Shown here one piece after another: positions 1 through 10,142 of a stretch of DNA of 64,000 nt. A model generated the notes under the pieces. That model made no database searches, was not told the DNA's origin, and saw nothing but the letters and a program-made list of their open reading frames with translations. A program made the translations under genes and the position numbers. Source of the DNA: an uncultured Pseudomonadales bacterium (GTDB lineage Bacteria; Patescibacteriota; Microgenomatia; UBA1400; PJMF01). The first letter of the stretch is position 1, and each line of letters begins with the position of its first letter. The stretch is from positions 8,131-72,130 of the forward strand of contig CAYWDM010000004.1 in assembly GCA_964457085.1 (NCBI GenBank), given 5' to 3'.

Positions 1-385
1 TTTGGTCAGTGTCAGCATCTAATAAATACAGACACACCTTGTCACTAAAGGTTTTTTTCCAAACTCGAGTCCAGATAATTACTTCGGTCAAATTAACTCG
101 AATAAATAGTGGCTGTTCATCTAGGTACACATGTTCAAGTCCTTCAGAAAGTGGATCATAGGCATGATCTTTGTCTTGCTGCATACCATCAGAGTCAATC
201 TCTTGTACCGCTTTATCACCCCGATATAGCAATCCGATACCTACAAATGGCACACCTGCATCTGCGGCAGCTTTGAGAGTATCTCCTGACAACACACCCA
301 AACCCCCTGCGTACAACGGCAAGTGATAATCAAATCCAAATTCAGCACAAAAATAAGCCACTGGATGTTGGGTAGATACTTGCAT
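1..385 (-). CDS. glgP: alpha-glucan (glycogen/maltodextrin) phosphorylase, N-terminal part; gene runs off the window
   Basis: Reverse-strand translation from ATG at 385: MQVSTQHPVAYFCAEFGFDYHLPLYAGGLGVLSGDTLKAAADAGVPFVGIGLLYRGD... matches the conserved N-terminus of the GT35 alpha-glucan phosphorylase family (AYFSMEFG...GGLGVLAGD...G.GLLY). Not in the ORF track because it is truncated by the window edge. Confidence 0.6.
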   Translation of the reverse strand, partial: MQVSTQHPVAYFCAEFGFDYHLPLYAGGLGVLSGDTLKAAADAGVPFVGIGLLYRGDKAVQEIDSDGMQQDKDHAYDPLSEGLEHVYLDEQPLFIRVNLTEVIIWTRVWKKTFSDKVCLYLLDADTDQ

Positions 386-511
386 AGTTTATTTCAATTT
401 TTTGCTGCTAATTGCACTGAGTATAAAGAAATCGGTTCGTGCTCACAAGTTCAAACTAAATGAGCATAGCTTGTTTGAGCTGTGCAGTCCTGCTACAGTA
501 GAAATCAGCGT

Positions 512-1567
512 ATGCAACACAACGAAATAGTCACCCTACTTGGTCAAGAAGCTGAATCCTTGCTGGGACATGTCTGTGAAAAAGTTCCCAAAACTCTAAT
601 CCACTCACCCAGTCCCTTTCATGTTGAGAATACATTTCGTGAGTCTGATAGAAGTGAAGCAGTTATCGGTAATCTGCATCGTCTGTATGGCCATGGCAAA
701 TTAGCTGATTCTGGATACCTCTCAATTTTTCCTGTTGATCAGGGAATTGAACACACTGCTGGTTTTTCATTTGCTCAAAATCCTGCATATTTTGACCCTG
801 AAACCATTGTACGTATGGCGGTTGAGGCCGAATGCAACGCAGTGGCCTCGACGCTGGGAGTACTTGGATTGATGTCAAAGCGATATGCGGAGCACATTCC
901 CTTTATCGTCAAAATCAATCACAACGAACTACTCACCTATCCAAACAAGCACAATCAAGTGCTGTTCTCCAGCGTTCAGCGTGCATACGAGTTAGGGGCT
1001 GCCGGAATTGGGGCTACCATTTATTTTGGTTCTGAGAAATCAAACAAACAAATAATTGAGATTGCCCAAGCTTTTGAGACAGCACACCGTCGAGGTATGT
1101 TTACTGTCCTCTGGTGCTATCCTCGAAACGATGCTTTTGCGACTGAAGGGCAAGATTTCAATGAGGCTGGGGACATTACCAGTCAAGCAATTCATCTTGG
1201 AGTCACCATTGAGGCTGACATCATCAAACAAAAATTACCGGTCGGCAATGGCGGTTTTAAAGCCCTAAAGTTCGCTAAGTATAGTGACGCAATGTACAAC
1301 CTTGCAACCGACCACCCAATCGATTTGGTACGTTACCAGGTGCTCAATAGTTATGCAGGTCGAATCAGCATGATTAACAGTGGTGGTGAATCTGAAGGTG
1401 AAAGTGATCTGCGAGAAGCTATCAGAACTGCAGTCATCAACAAGCGCGGTGGTGGTGCCGGATTAATCATGGGACGGAAAGTGTTTAAAAAACCCTTTGA
1501 TGAGGGCATCTCGCTACTGCGTGCAGTCCAAAGTGTTTACCTGGACAGCGAAATTACCGTAGCCTAG
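512..1567 (+). CDS. fbaB: class I fructose-bisphosphate aldolase (DhnA/FbaB type)
   Basis: Near colinear similarity to E. coli FbaB throughout (SIFPVDQGIEH, FIVKINHNE, GATIYFGSE, PIDLVRYQ, VINKRGGGAGLIMGRKVFKK, VYLDSEITVA). The track ORF starts at GTG 482; alignment to FbaB supports ATG 512. Confidence 0.85.
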   Translation: MQHNEIVTLLGQEAESLLGHVCEKVPKTLIHSPSPFHVENTFRESDRSEAVIGNLHRLYGHGKLADSGYLSIFPVDQGIEHTAGFSFAQNPAYFDPETIVRMAVEAECNAVASTLGVLGLMSKRYAEHIPFIVKINHNELLTYPNKHNQVLFSSVQRAYELGAAGIGATIYFGSEKSNKQIIEIAQAFETAHRRGMFTVLWCYPRNDAFATEGQDFNEAGDITSQAIHLGVTIEADIIKQKLPVGNGGFKALKFAKYSDAMYNLATDHPIDLVRYQVLNSYAGRISMINSGGESEGESDLREAIRTAVINKRGGGAGLIMGRKVFKKPFDEGISLLRAVQSVYLDSEITVA

Positions 1568-2288
1568 TGAATCTCAATCTAATGGCTTCTCTAGCATAGT
1601 CTATTGCCATTTTTCCGAGTTGTGATTTGCTTTGTCCGCCGAGCCGCTCCAAATATGTAGTTGGAATTTCTTTGATTTTCAAACCCTGCTCAGCTGCAAA
1701 AAATACCAATCTTAAATGATAATCTCCATACCCATAGTAGATTCGTTCCAAACCAAGATTTTGTAGTGCTTTTTTGGAAACTGCATAATAACCGCTAAAA
1801 TTATCCCAAACTGGGAAACCAAGTAGTTTCAGTCCCAAATTGAACAACCAAGTTGCCAACCATCTCAACGGTTGATGTATGCCACCACCTCTAATAAACC
1901 GAGAAGCAACCACTAAGTCAGCATCCTGCAATACAGCAACTAATACTGGAATTTGCAGTGGGTCGTGGTTATTATCTGCGTCCATTCCGACAATAACCTG
2001 ACCATGACTTGCCTGTATCCCAGCTAAAATTGATTTGCCAAGTCCGCGATCAGTGGTGCGAACCACAAGCTTAACTTCTTTCCAGATTTTTGAAAATTCT
2101 CTGACTAGTTCTGCCGTACCATCTGGACTGTTGTCATCCACTACTATGACCTCAACTAACTCCTGAGGACTACACTTCTCAATCTCCGCCCATTCGAACA
2201 TTACGGCTTGAAGTTTTAAGAGGAATTGGATAATTCCTTCCGACTCGTTATACGTCGGTAAAATAATAGATACGATTGGTTTTAACAT
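1554..2288 (-). CDS. family 2 glycosyltransferase (dolichyl/polyprenyl-phosphate sugar synthase-like)
   Basis: IILPTYNESEGI ... VVDDNSPDGT ... GMDADNNH: GT2 DxD architecture, soluble N-terminal GT-A domain. Confidence 0.75.
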   Translation of the reverse strand: MLKPIVSIILPTYNESEGIIQFLLKLQAVMFEWAEIEKCSPQELVEVIVVDDNSPDGTAELVREFSKIWKEVKLVVRTTDRGLGKSILAGIQASHGQVIVGMDADNNHDPLQIPVLVAVLQDADLVVASRFIRGGGIHQPLRWLATWLFNLGLKLLGFPVWDNFSGYYAVSKKALQNLGLERIYYGYGDYHLRLVFFAAEQGLKIKEIPTTYLERLGGQSKSQLGKMAIDYAREAIRLRFTRLR

Positions 2289-2307
2289 AGTCTAATCTTT
2301 ACAGACT

Positions 2308-3789
2308 CTAAGCATCAAGCATTGGCATGATAAAGGCATCAACATATGCTTTTGTATGATCAACAAAAGGATGTCGTATCTGTGATGGCTCAAGCTTAAT
2401 TCTTCCAAGCAAAGGTAAAGCATTGGTTGCTGGAATCATACTGTCCAGATAATGCAGTTTTCCACTTTCCTGTAGTTCACGATATATTTTCCAACCGCGT
2501 AAATATCCCAAATCTTTTGGATTGGCAAATGCTTGAGCATTTGAGGTGTCGACATGTCCTCTGAATACTCTGTAGGTCTTTTTCCAGGCTTTGTCGATTG
2601 CCTTATCAAGCACAGCCTTCACATTAGTGGCCTCCAGATCAATACTATCGTCCTCTGGAATTCGTAATGTGATATGTAGTTGTCTATTTAGCTGATCTTT
2701 AAAAACTGCATCAAAGTCTGCTCCAGAATCAGCTAATTCAACAGCAAAAGCAAACAGTGGAGTTGGTGTGGCATCTTGCTCCCCAAAATAACGTGCTTTT
2801 TGGTCTGTCTCAATACCCATAGCCACGGCCTCTGTTAATGTTTCATCATGCACTCGCAACGCTCCACCACCAATAATCCAATCCGCACCATTTGCCTCTT
2901 GTCGTGCGTGCCCTTCAATTTCATGGTAGAGCAACGCAATTAATTTCTTAGCAGTAATCGGTACTGTAAATTCTTTTGGAACCACAATAACCTTGGGAAT
3001 CACTTTAGCTCGAACGTCTGGTGATGTGGCTGCTTCACTAATCTCAACTGTGTAGCCTTGAGGATTATCTGGAACCAGCAACCCATACTGAGCTAATACC
3101 CATTCAAAAGCGGTTTTGACTTGTTCTGAGCTAATAGGAATTTCTTTAAGTTTTTTAACTTGATCTTTATTGAAGATTGCCGTTGAATCACTGCCAGCTA
3201 CCTCAGCAATCACGTCAACACCATCGAGACACTGCTGAGCGTACATTTGGTGTGCCAAATCAATAAGATCTTGGTCAAGACCGGCAAAAATTGTTCGCTG
3301 AGCAGTTTTATTGAGTACTTCTGCAGCTGTTTTTTGTTTTTCGTCACCGGTCTGACCTGAACCCATGGCTTCTGCCATCTCAGTTGCTGCCAAATCATCT
3401 TTAATCTTATTTATGAGTGCAACCTTTATGATTCTTAGCCAAGAATCATGGTGGTCAATCTTAACATTTCTTGCTTCCTGCAATAAATCTGTTAATTGTT
3501 TTCTTACTTTTTGCCAATCGTGTTGTGGGACAGCGTTATACTCAAAGCTTGGATTATGATGACCACCATTTAGTAATGCAGCTTTGCTCAAGTTTTTTTC
3601 TCTTTTTATTGAGTTAGGTGTAGCAGTAAACCATTCAACCACATACCATCCGCTGGTCAGTTCACGTAATTTTTCGACAACTGCTAAAAACTCAGTTGGA
3701 ATACGCTCCATATCAGGTAAAACACCTCCAACTGTTTCTAGTTGGTTCTTTTGAAAAGCATCAAACTGTGCTGTCTTTCGCTCAGTCAT
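2308..3789 (-). CDS. HExxH zinc-metallopeptidase-like protein (DUF1704-like)
   Basis: 493-aa ORF with HEIEGHARQEANG (HExxH followed by a QEGLA-like segment). Family assignment from memory of the DUF1704 pattern only. Confidence 0.4.
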   Translation of the reverse strand: MTERKTAQFDAFQKNQLETVGGVLPDMERIPTEFLAVVEKLRELTSGWYVVEWFTATPNSIKREKNLSKAALLNGGHHNPSFEYNAVPQHDWQKVRKQLTDLLQEARNVKIDHHDSWLRIIKVALINKIKDDLAATEMAEAMGSGQTGDEKQKTAAEVLNKTAQRTIFAGLDQDLIDLAHQMYAQQCLDGVDVIAEVAGSDSTAIFNKDQVKKLKEIPISSEQVKTAFEWVLAQYGLLVPDNPQGYTVEISEAATSPDVRAKVIPKVIVVPKEFTVPITAKKLIALLYHEIEGHARQEANGADWIIGGGALRVHDETLTEAVAMGIETDQKARYFGEQDATPTPLFAFAVELADSGADFDAVFKDQLNRQLHITLRIPEDDSIDLEATNVKAVLDKAIDKAWKKTYRVFRGHVDTSNAQAFANPKDLGYLRGWKIYRELQESGKLHYLDSMIPATNALPLLGRIKLEPSQIRHPFVDHTKAYVDAFIMPMLDA

Positions 3790-4382
3790 AAACTTGATTG
3801 GTCAAGCCACTTTGCAAATTTTTCCAAAGCTTTTGCTCTATGACTCAGTGTATTCTTTATCTCAATACCTAATTCACCAAATGATTGTGTGTATCCGTTC
3901 GGAACAAAAATTGGATCGTACCCAAAACCTGAAACACCAGTTGGCTGCAATGCAATCTTCCCCTCAACTGCACCATCAAAAAACTGTTTTTCTTTGGTTT
4001 TTGGATCGTAAAAACATAACGTCGTCACAAAACGAGCAGATCGATCTTTAAATTCGAGTAGCCGTTTCAATAATGCTTGGTTTCGATCAGCGTCTGTACC
4101 AGTAAACCAACGATTTGAAGCTACCCCTGGTTCGTTGTTGAGTACGGTGACTTCCAATCCCGAATCATCTGCCAAAACTGGTAACTGTAGAATTTCTGCG
4201 TATTCGGTGGCTTTGAGCTCAGCGTTGCCTGCAAAGCTCGCAGCAGTCTCAGCGACATCCATTGTTTTAGTATTCTCGAAATCAGCAACGGACTTAACTA
4301 CAACTCCAAGTGGTGCGAGCCACGACTTCACTTCAACGATCTTACCCTGATTTTGACTTGCAAAAACGAGCTGTGCCGTCAC
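3786..4382 (-). CDS. rdgB: non-canonical purine NTP pyrophosphatase (RdgB/HAM1 family)
   Basis: N-terminal LVFASQNQGKIVE motif, ~198 aa, typical Ham1 length and pattern; 4-nt overlap with the upstream gene. Confidence 0.8.
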   Translation of the reverse strand: MTAQLVFASQNQGKIVEVKSWLAPLGVVVKSVADFENTKTMDVAETAASFAGNAELKATEYAEILQLPVLADDSGLEVTVLNNEPGVASNRWFTGTDADRNQALLKRLLEFKDRSARFVTTLCFYDPKTKEKQFFDGAVEGKIALQPTGVSGFGYDPIFVPNGYTQSFGELGIEIKNTLSHRAKALEKFAKWLDQSSL

Positions 4383-4384
4383 AA

Positions 4385-4663
4385 TTATTTGCCCATCATG
4401 CCAGCCAAGCCACCTGTCATTGCCTGCAACTTGCGTGCAGCTAATTCTTGAGATTGCTTAATGGCTTTATTGAGTACATCGATAGCCTCTTGACTGGTAA
4501 TGCCTTGAACTGAAAATTGCTTGATTTTTTGATCACCAGAGATAACTACCACAATATCACCTTCTTCGATTCGAATTTCCTCGGCAGCTAAGTCTTGCTG
4601 CATCTTTTTAGCTTGAGTGCGCAGTTGGTTTAAATCGCCAAGTGCTTTAAATGGATTTTGCAT
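4385..4663 (-). CDS. ybaB: nucleoid-associated protein YbaB/EbfC
   Basis: 92 aa; MQNPF...LNQLRTQAKKMQQDL...GG(L/M) tail; conserved position immediately downstream of dnaX. Confidence 0.8.
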   Translation of the reverse strand: MQNPFKALGDLNQLRTQAKKMQQDLAAEEIRIEEGDIVVVISGDQKIKQFSVQGITSQEAIDVLNKAIKQSQELAARKLQAMTGGLAGMMGK

Positions 4664-4701
4664 ACTTTTTTTCCTTTGCTTATATACTGTATCAGATTCT
4701 A

Positions 4702-6378
4702 CTATAGCAGCACTTCACTAGCCATAACCGCCAGTTCCCCACGTACTTGAGTCTGTGGTGGTGCGGCCGAGACAGCTTCCACACTAAGTGTCTCAGTCAC
4801 CAATCCGCTAGAGGGAAGTTTGGTATTACTTTCACTCAACTGGAATGTAAATGGCAATATGCCACCGGCTACTTCCCTACAACAAGCCTCAAGAATAGTT
4901 AAAAACTTCGGCTGTTGTAGTTGCTCTTGATGAAATTTGTAATACACACCGATAGTAAGTGCATTTTCAGACAAGGCACTTGGTTGACTCGATCGCAATA
5001 AAGCAGCTAAGCCAGAGTTTTTAAGTGCCACTGCGGAAACAAATTGTTGCCATCTAGCAATTAAATCTTTGGGATCAATCTGACTCTCACTTTGAGTACA
5101 AGTAATTGGCTGCACAACCAACTCCTCAGCTGCTAAGTCAATTTCTGCAACCAACACTGCATTTGCTTGAGATTCAGCAAATGCGTCATCCGGAGTCAAT
5201 TCATCTTCATCCTCATCCTGAACTTCTATCACTTTTTTTAGTTTTTCTTTTGAAACAACTTGACCCTGAGATCCTGCCTTCAATTTAGCTCGTGAAATTA
5301 AATCCAGCAATGCAATTTCTAAAGTTAACAAAGAAATTGGGCTCGTTTGAAACAAATTTGCAGCTAATAACTGTTGTAATAAAAATTGGTTTATAGCCAC
5401 TGGTCTATCAGCATCTCCAGGCACTACTTTCAGTCCAATTAGTAGATCAGCATGCAACATACCAAACAATGATCGGTATGCTTTCGACTGATCAGTATTT
5501 GATGAGCGAAGTGTTGCGATTAATTGCATCACTTGTTTTTCATCTTTTTTAATCACCGCTGCAATAATATTTTTCAGTTGTTGCTGTACAGAACCACCAG
5601 TGATGCGCTCAATCAGAGCATCGTCGAGTCGATTTTGATTGATGCTGAGTTCAAGTAGCTTGACGCCATCTCGAAAGCTGCCATCAGCAGCCTCAATAAT
5701 CGGTGCTAATTGTTCCAGCTTATATTGCACTTTTTCAGAATCAAGAATACGAACCAATGTCTTAGAAAGTTCAGACAAACTGGCTTTCTGGAACTGCACC
5801 AATGCACATCTAGAAGCAATCGTAGCCGGAATTTTATGCAACTCGGTCGTAGCTAAAATAAAAACACAATGAGCTGGGGGTTCTTCAAGTAGCTTCAGAA
5901 AAGCATTGAATGCAGCACCTGACATCATGTGTACTTCGTCAAGGATATAGACAGCCATCTTGCCCTCTTGAGGCAACAGTGAAGCCCGCTCTTTAAGTTG
6001 ACGGATGTCATCAACAAGCCCATGGCTAGCCGCATCAATTTCTTGGACCGCAAATGACTGACCAAAACAGATACGCTTGGTCATGATTGAATCTGGATCT
6101 GGTTCTACAAATGCAATTCGTTTTTCCTTGCTGGTAGGTTGTAAAAATAAACGATCTACAGCATCAGCATTTTTCTCATCATTGAGCAAAGCTGCTAAAA
6201 TTCTCGAGGCAGAAGTTTTACCTGTTCCCTTGGGACCGGCAAACAAGAGTGCTTGAGGAATATTAGCCTCCTCCATCATCGACAACAATGTCAATCTGAC
6301 AGATTCTAGCTGTAGATCTTTGACCTGCCTGGGACGATAGGTGCGATACCATGACATATTAATCGTGATGATACCCAA
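4702..6378 (-). CDS. dnaX: DNA polymerase III subunit gamma/tau
   Basis: Walker A GPKGTGKTSASRILA, DEVHM box, clamp-loader sensor motifs. Likely true start at MSWYRTYRP (coordinate 6357). Confidence 0.9.
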   Translation of the reverse strand: MGIITINMSWYRTYRPRQVKDLQLESVRLTLLSMMEEANIPQALLFAGPKGTGKTSASRILAALLNDEKNADAVDRLFLQPTSKEKRIAFVEPDPDSIMTKRICFGQSFAVQEIDAASHGLVDDIRQLKERASLLPQEGKMAVYILDEVHMMSGAAFNAFLKLLEEPPAHCVFILATTELHKIPATIASRCALVQFQKASLSELSKTLVRILDSEKVQYKLEQLAPIIEAADGSFRDGVKLLELSINQNRLDDALIERITGGSVQQQLKNIIAAVIKKDEKQVMQLIATLRSSNTDQSKAYRSLFGMLHADLLIGLKVVPGDADRPVAINQFLLQQLLAANLFQTSPISLLTLEIALLDLISRAKLKAGSQGQVVSKEKLKKVIEVQDEDEDELTPDDAFAESQANAVLVAEIDLAAEELVVQPITCTQSESQIDPKDLIARWQQFVSAVALKNSGLAALLRSSQPSALSENALTIGVYYKFHQEQLQQPKFLTILEACCREVAGGILPFTFQLSESNTKLPSSGLVTETLSVEAVSAAPPQTQVRGELAVMASEVLL

Positions 6379-6748
6379 GTAGATGCATTAATCCATGCTC
6401 TAAATAGAAACATAATTGCTGATCAACTAACTTACCATATCTCTTTGCAGAGCTCACCGCTTCAGGAAAACTAATCACAATATCACCTAAGTGTGGTGGG
6501 ATTTCCTCAGGCAGCGGAAAATCATTTAGCTGATGGCGATCATGTTGTGGAAACGAGAGCACGTCAGTAGTGCCGCTGTGTTTGAGTAACGATTCATTAA
6601 GAATTCGAATCTTGCGTTTGCCCACAATTGAGACATCAACTTGTGCATGAGAAATTTTATTCTCAGTCAACACTCGCTGCACAGTGTCGCGAAGCAACGT
6701 GCGACTCACAGGGTACCTAGATCCCACGAATAAATTCGTGATAATCAT
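6359..6748 (-). CDS. ybeY: rRNA maturation endoribonuclease YbeY
   Basis: C-terminal H..LHLLGYHHD metal-binding motif, 129 aa. Confidence 0.8.
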   Translation of the reverse strand: MIITNLFVGSRYPVSRTLLRDTVQRVLTENKISHAQVDVSIVGKRKIRILNESLLKHSGTTDVLSFPQHDRHQLNDFPLPEEIPPHLGDIVISFPEAVSSAKRYGKLVDQQLCFYLEHGLMHLLGYHHD

Positions 6749-6812
6749 TTGACTCCTTGTGAGGTGAAATACTGCTGTGACAAAAACATACAGTTTTGAG
6801 CAAAATATACCA

Positions 6813-7535
6813 TTACAAACTCATTTCCTGAGCCTGCCAACGCAGATCAATTGCTCCCAAAGAGATAGTATCATCTGGGTCATCGACAAAAAAGAGGAAA
6901 ACGTGTCCTAGAGATTTTTGGCTCCAGATCTTACCCTCTCTGACTACTTCAGGCGAACCTCCAAATTGATACTGCATCCACTGACTGGGGCCAATATCAC
7001 ATACTGCACCCACCACGGCTTTTTCTTCTGCCGGGTTTATGACTATCATTTTGCGATATTTATACCAAGTGGTTAATTCTTGTGAGTGTTTGTTCCATGT
7101 AGGCAAATAATGCAAAGGTAAAGTAAAAGAATATGCCTCACGCTCAATTCCTTTTGTGGTCAATTCTCCATTATCAGTAAACCAACCAAATGCACTACGA
7201 TACGCCCCCAATCCCGCTTCAAAGTATTTACTGTGTGCGGCCAGCACATCTGTTGGCGATCGCTTAAGATGAGGCTGGGCTGCGAGTACACCTACTGAGT
7301 GGTTGAGTCGGTGTTCTGCGAGCTCTGCAGTCACTGGAAATCTTAAGAGATCCGTTAGCTGCTGCTCTAGATACAACTCCTGCATTTTATCAAGATGGCC
7401 CGCTGGTAAATGCGACATACTTGAAAGTTTGGCCATAATCTCTTGATGTTCTTCTTTGGAAATCTCAGCAACCAAAGGATCGACCTGTTTGGCTGGTTTA
7501 GTGTGAGTTGTGATTTGAGGCAGGTGGTCGTTCAT
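6813..7535 (-). CDS. hypothetical protein (possible RlpA/expansin-like double-psi beta-barrel C-terminus)
   Basis: Long ORF in the co-directional block; C-terminal VINPAEEKAVVGAVCDIGPS...IDLRWQA weakly resembles the RlpA DPBB end (VNDRGPF..IDLS.AA). Confidence 0.45.
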   Translation of the reverse strand: MNDHLPQITTHTKPAKQVDPLVAEISKEEHQEIMAKLSSMSHLPAGHLDKMQELYLEQQLTDLLRFPVTAELAEHRLNHSVGVLAAQPHLKRSPTDVLAAHSKYFEAGLGAYRSAFGWFTDNGELTTKGIEREAYSFTLPLHYLPTWNKHSQELTTWYKYRKMIVINPAEEKAVVGAVCDIGPSQWMQYQFGGSPEVVREGKIWSQKSLGHVFLFFVDDPDDTISLGAIDLRWQAQEMSL

Positions 7536-7553
7536 ATGGGCAGTATGAAATAC

Positions 7554-9041
7554 TTACAACTCAGCCAATGCCTGGCGTAGTCGTAATAGCGATTGCTGTT
7601 TACCTAAAACGGTCATTGTTTCAAATAGAGGCGGTGTGGCACTACGACCAGTCACAGCCAAACGAAGTACCATAAAGTACTGGCTATTTTTCCATTGGTT
7701 AGTGACTGCCAAACCACGTAGTGATTCCTCAAGTGATGAGACCTTCCAATCAACGATTTTCTCAAGTGTATCAATGGTAACCTGCAGCTGTCCAGAAACT
7801 ATTTCCGAAGTGCTTTTTTTGAGTAGCAGTTCTCGATTCTGAATAACTGGGCGATAAAAGAATTCGGTCAGATCTTGAATATCTGATAATTTAACTAAGC
7901 GTTCTGAGATTAATGGCAAAATCTGGACTTCTAAATTGGTAGGAAAATCTTGAGGCAGAAAAGGCTTGAGTCGTTTACTCAACTCTGGCAATGAAAGCTT
8001 CCTAATATACATTCCATTAATCCAGTCAAGTTTTTGTAAGTCAAACACGACAGATTTGGCACTGATATCTTTTGGATCGAATTCGAGTACATACTCATCC
8101 AAACTCAGCAATTCTGTTTGATCTGCCCGAGCCCAACCCAAAATCATGAAAAAATTAAGCATCGCTTCTGGTAAATATCCAGCCTCCAGGAATGACTGAG
8201 CAGAAACAGTGCCTTTGCGTTTACTCATTTTGCCTTTGCCATCTGGATTTAGAAAAACTGGAATATGTGCAAACACTGGTGTCTCCCAACCAAATGCCTG
8301 GTACAGCAACACATGCTTTGGTGTTGAGCTAATCCACTCTTCACCACGCAAAATATGAGTTATCTCCATGGCATGATCATCAACCACAACCGCCAAATGA
8401 TAGGTTGGAAAACCATCTGATTTTAATAGCACCTGATCATCAACAACATCTGAATTTACTTCTATCTCACCACGGATTAAGTCTACAAATTTGACAGGGA
8501 CATTGTCTGGCACTTTCAGTCTAATCACACTTGATTCACCTGCTGCTAATTTTGCCTCAACTTCTGCTTGAGTCAACGAACGGCAATGACGATCATATTT
8601 TGGTGGAATCTTGGCACTACGCTGTTGCTCTCTCACTTCCTCAAGTCGATCTTTAGAACAAAAACAGTAATATGCTTTCCCTGCTACCACCAATTCTTTA
8701 GCTTTTTCTGTGTAACTAGGTAATCGCTCCGACTGCACGTATGGTGCATGTGGACCTTCTTTTGTTGGACCCTCATCCCAATCCAAGCCGTAGTCGTGGA
8801 TTACTTGCATGATACGTTCAACAGCACCGGGAACCAGCCTTTCTCTATCAGTGTCTTCAATTCTCAAGATGAATTGTCCGCCACAATGTTTGGCGTAGGC
8901 ATAGTTTTTGAGGAGAGTGGCAATATGCCCAACATGATATTCACCAGTGGGACTGGGGGCCATGCGGGTTCGGACAACTGGTGATGACATAACTATTTCC
9001 TTAGTGGTCGGTATTGTATGCTGCCTACTCAACTGAATCAA
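7554..9041 (-). CDS. gltX: glutamyl-tRNA synthetase (class I)
   Basis: RMAPSPTGEYHVGH (HIGH region) and KMSKRKG (KMSKS). Probable start at MSSPVVRTR (coordinate 8990). Confidence 0.9.
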   Translation of the reverse strand: MIQLSRQHTIPTTKEIVMSSPVVRTRMAPSPTGEYHVGHIATLLKNYAYAKHCGGQFILRIEDTDRERLVPGAVERIMQVIHDYGLDWDEGPTKEGPHAPYVQSERLPSYTEKAKELVVAGKAYYCFCSKDRLEEVREQQRSAKIPPKYDRHCRSLTQAEVEAKLAAGESSVIRLKVPDNVPVKFVDLIRGEIEVNSDVVDDQVLLKSDGFPTYHLAVVVDDHAMEITHILRGEEWISSTPKHVLLYQAFGWETPVFAHIPVFLNPDGKGKMSKRKGTVSAQSFLEAGYLPEAMLNFFMILGWARADQTELLSLDEYVLEFDPKDISAKSVVFDLQKLDWINGMYIRKLSLPELSKRLKPFLPQDFPTNLEVQILPLISERLVKLSDIQDLTEFFYRPVIQNRELLLKKSTSEIVSGQLQVTIDTLEKIVDWKVSSLEESLRGLAVTNQWKNSQYFMVLRLAVTGRSATPPLFETMTVLGKQQSLLRLRQALAEL

Positions 9042-10119
9042 CTAAAATATATCTGGGATCAACCGCACTCACATATCCAATATATCCGCCATCGCCCTCA
9101 AAGATATAAATTGGTTGCAGATATTCTTGCTCTATCCAGTTCTCGAAATATCCGATACTGACTGAACGGATAATGACATTTGCTTGAGTACTTGGTTTAG
9201 CAACATATCCTTCACCAGCAGAAAGTACTTTCCATGCCATTTGAGGTGTTCTAATTGGGTATGTTTCCACTTGGTCATAGTCAACTGGAAAATAATGATA
9301 ATTGAGCTCCACAATTCCTGAATAATTTTGAATGGCACCACTAATAATTGCGTTAACTGCACCTTTTTCTCCATCTGGAGAGTATGAGTAAAACTGCAAA
9401 TCAATTGGAGTTCGATTCAAATCAACGCGCAAGAAATCAGCATCAGAAAGCGAGACTGCATTCTTCAGCTCACCACCGATCGACTTTAAATAAGTAATTC
9501 TGCCAGAACTGGTCGACATATCGTTTGGCAAAATATCTGCAGCCTGTAGCATTGATTTTACCCGAGAAACTGCTTCATAATCCTCAGGAAGCGAATTGTT
9601 TAACAACAAATCGGGTCGAGATAAATAATTACTTCTCATCTCAAAAGTATTGTTTTGACTATCCATCTGCAAACTCATCTCTAGTGGTTGTGACTTGGTC
9701 CAGCGATAGGTGCGGGTATCAAGAATTTGCGGTTCAAAAACAAAATCGTAGCGAGCTGCTATCCGTTTGATTTTCTGATCAGCTAATAAGTTAGCTGGTT
9801 TTTTAGGCATCAAGAAGACTTTTGCTCGATCACCAAACTCCTGGAACTCACCATTTGCCAATTCAAGTGTATAGCTGGTGGGTCTATTTTCGTCTGGGAC
9901 AATCTCAAATTCAATTTTTGGTAGTTTGCCGAAACCAACTGTTGGTGGCGGTGGTGGCTCTGGGTGGGTAGCTTTCCACCATGCCACAAACGCACCAAGC
10001 AACATTCGACCAAAAATCAATACCACCAGCATGATGGCAGTAAAACGAATTGCCTCTCTCCCAGCAAAAGTGGCTGTGGTCAATGTAATTCGTCCATCAG
10101 CTTTCTTAGTAATTGGCAT
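9025..10119 (-). CDS. membrane-anchored hypothetical protein with poly-Pro linker
   Basis: N-terminal TM helix (FTAIMLVVLIFGRMLLGAFVAWW), PEPPPPPT linker, large extracytoplasmic domain without a recognised motif. Confidence 0.5.
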   Translation of the reverse strand: MPITKKADGRITLTTATFAGREAIRFTAIMLVVLIFGRMLLGAFVAWWKATHPEPPPPPTVGFGKLPKIEFEIVPDENRPTSYTLELANGEFQEFGDRAKVFLMPKKPANLLADQKIKRIAARYDFVFEPQILDTRTYRWTKSQPLEMSLQMDSQNNTFEMRSNYLSRPDLLLNNSLPEDYEAVSRVKSMLQAADILPNDMSTSSGRITYLKSIGGELKNAVSLSDADFLRVDLNRTPIDLQFYSYSPDGEKGAVNAIISGAIQNYSGIVELNYHYFPVDYDQVETYPIRTPQMAWKVLSAGEGYVAKPSTQANVIIRSVSIGYFENWIEQEYLQPIYIFEGDGGYIGYVSAVDPRYILVDSVE

Positions 10120-10142
10120 AGTCAGTAATCATTATACCCAGA

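Noticed and set aside
3210-9404. Numerous 60-130-aa ORFs antisense to or nested in large genes (for example 3210-3398, 5639-5872, 7636-7842, 8748-8984, 9132-9404, and similar ones in glmS, dnaG, the ATPase and the 1090-aa gene)
   Set aside because: They are fully embedded in well-supported genes, lack motifs, and have skewed composition, as expected for chance ORFs.
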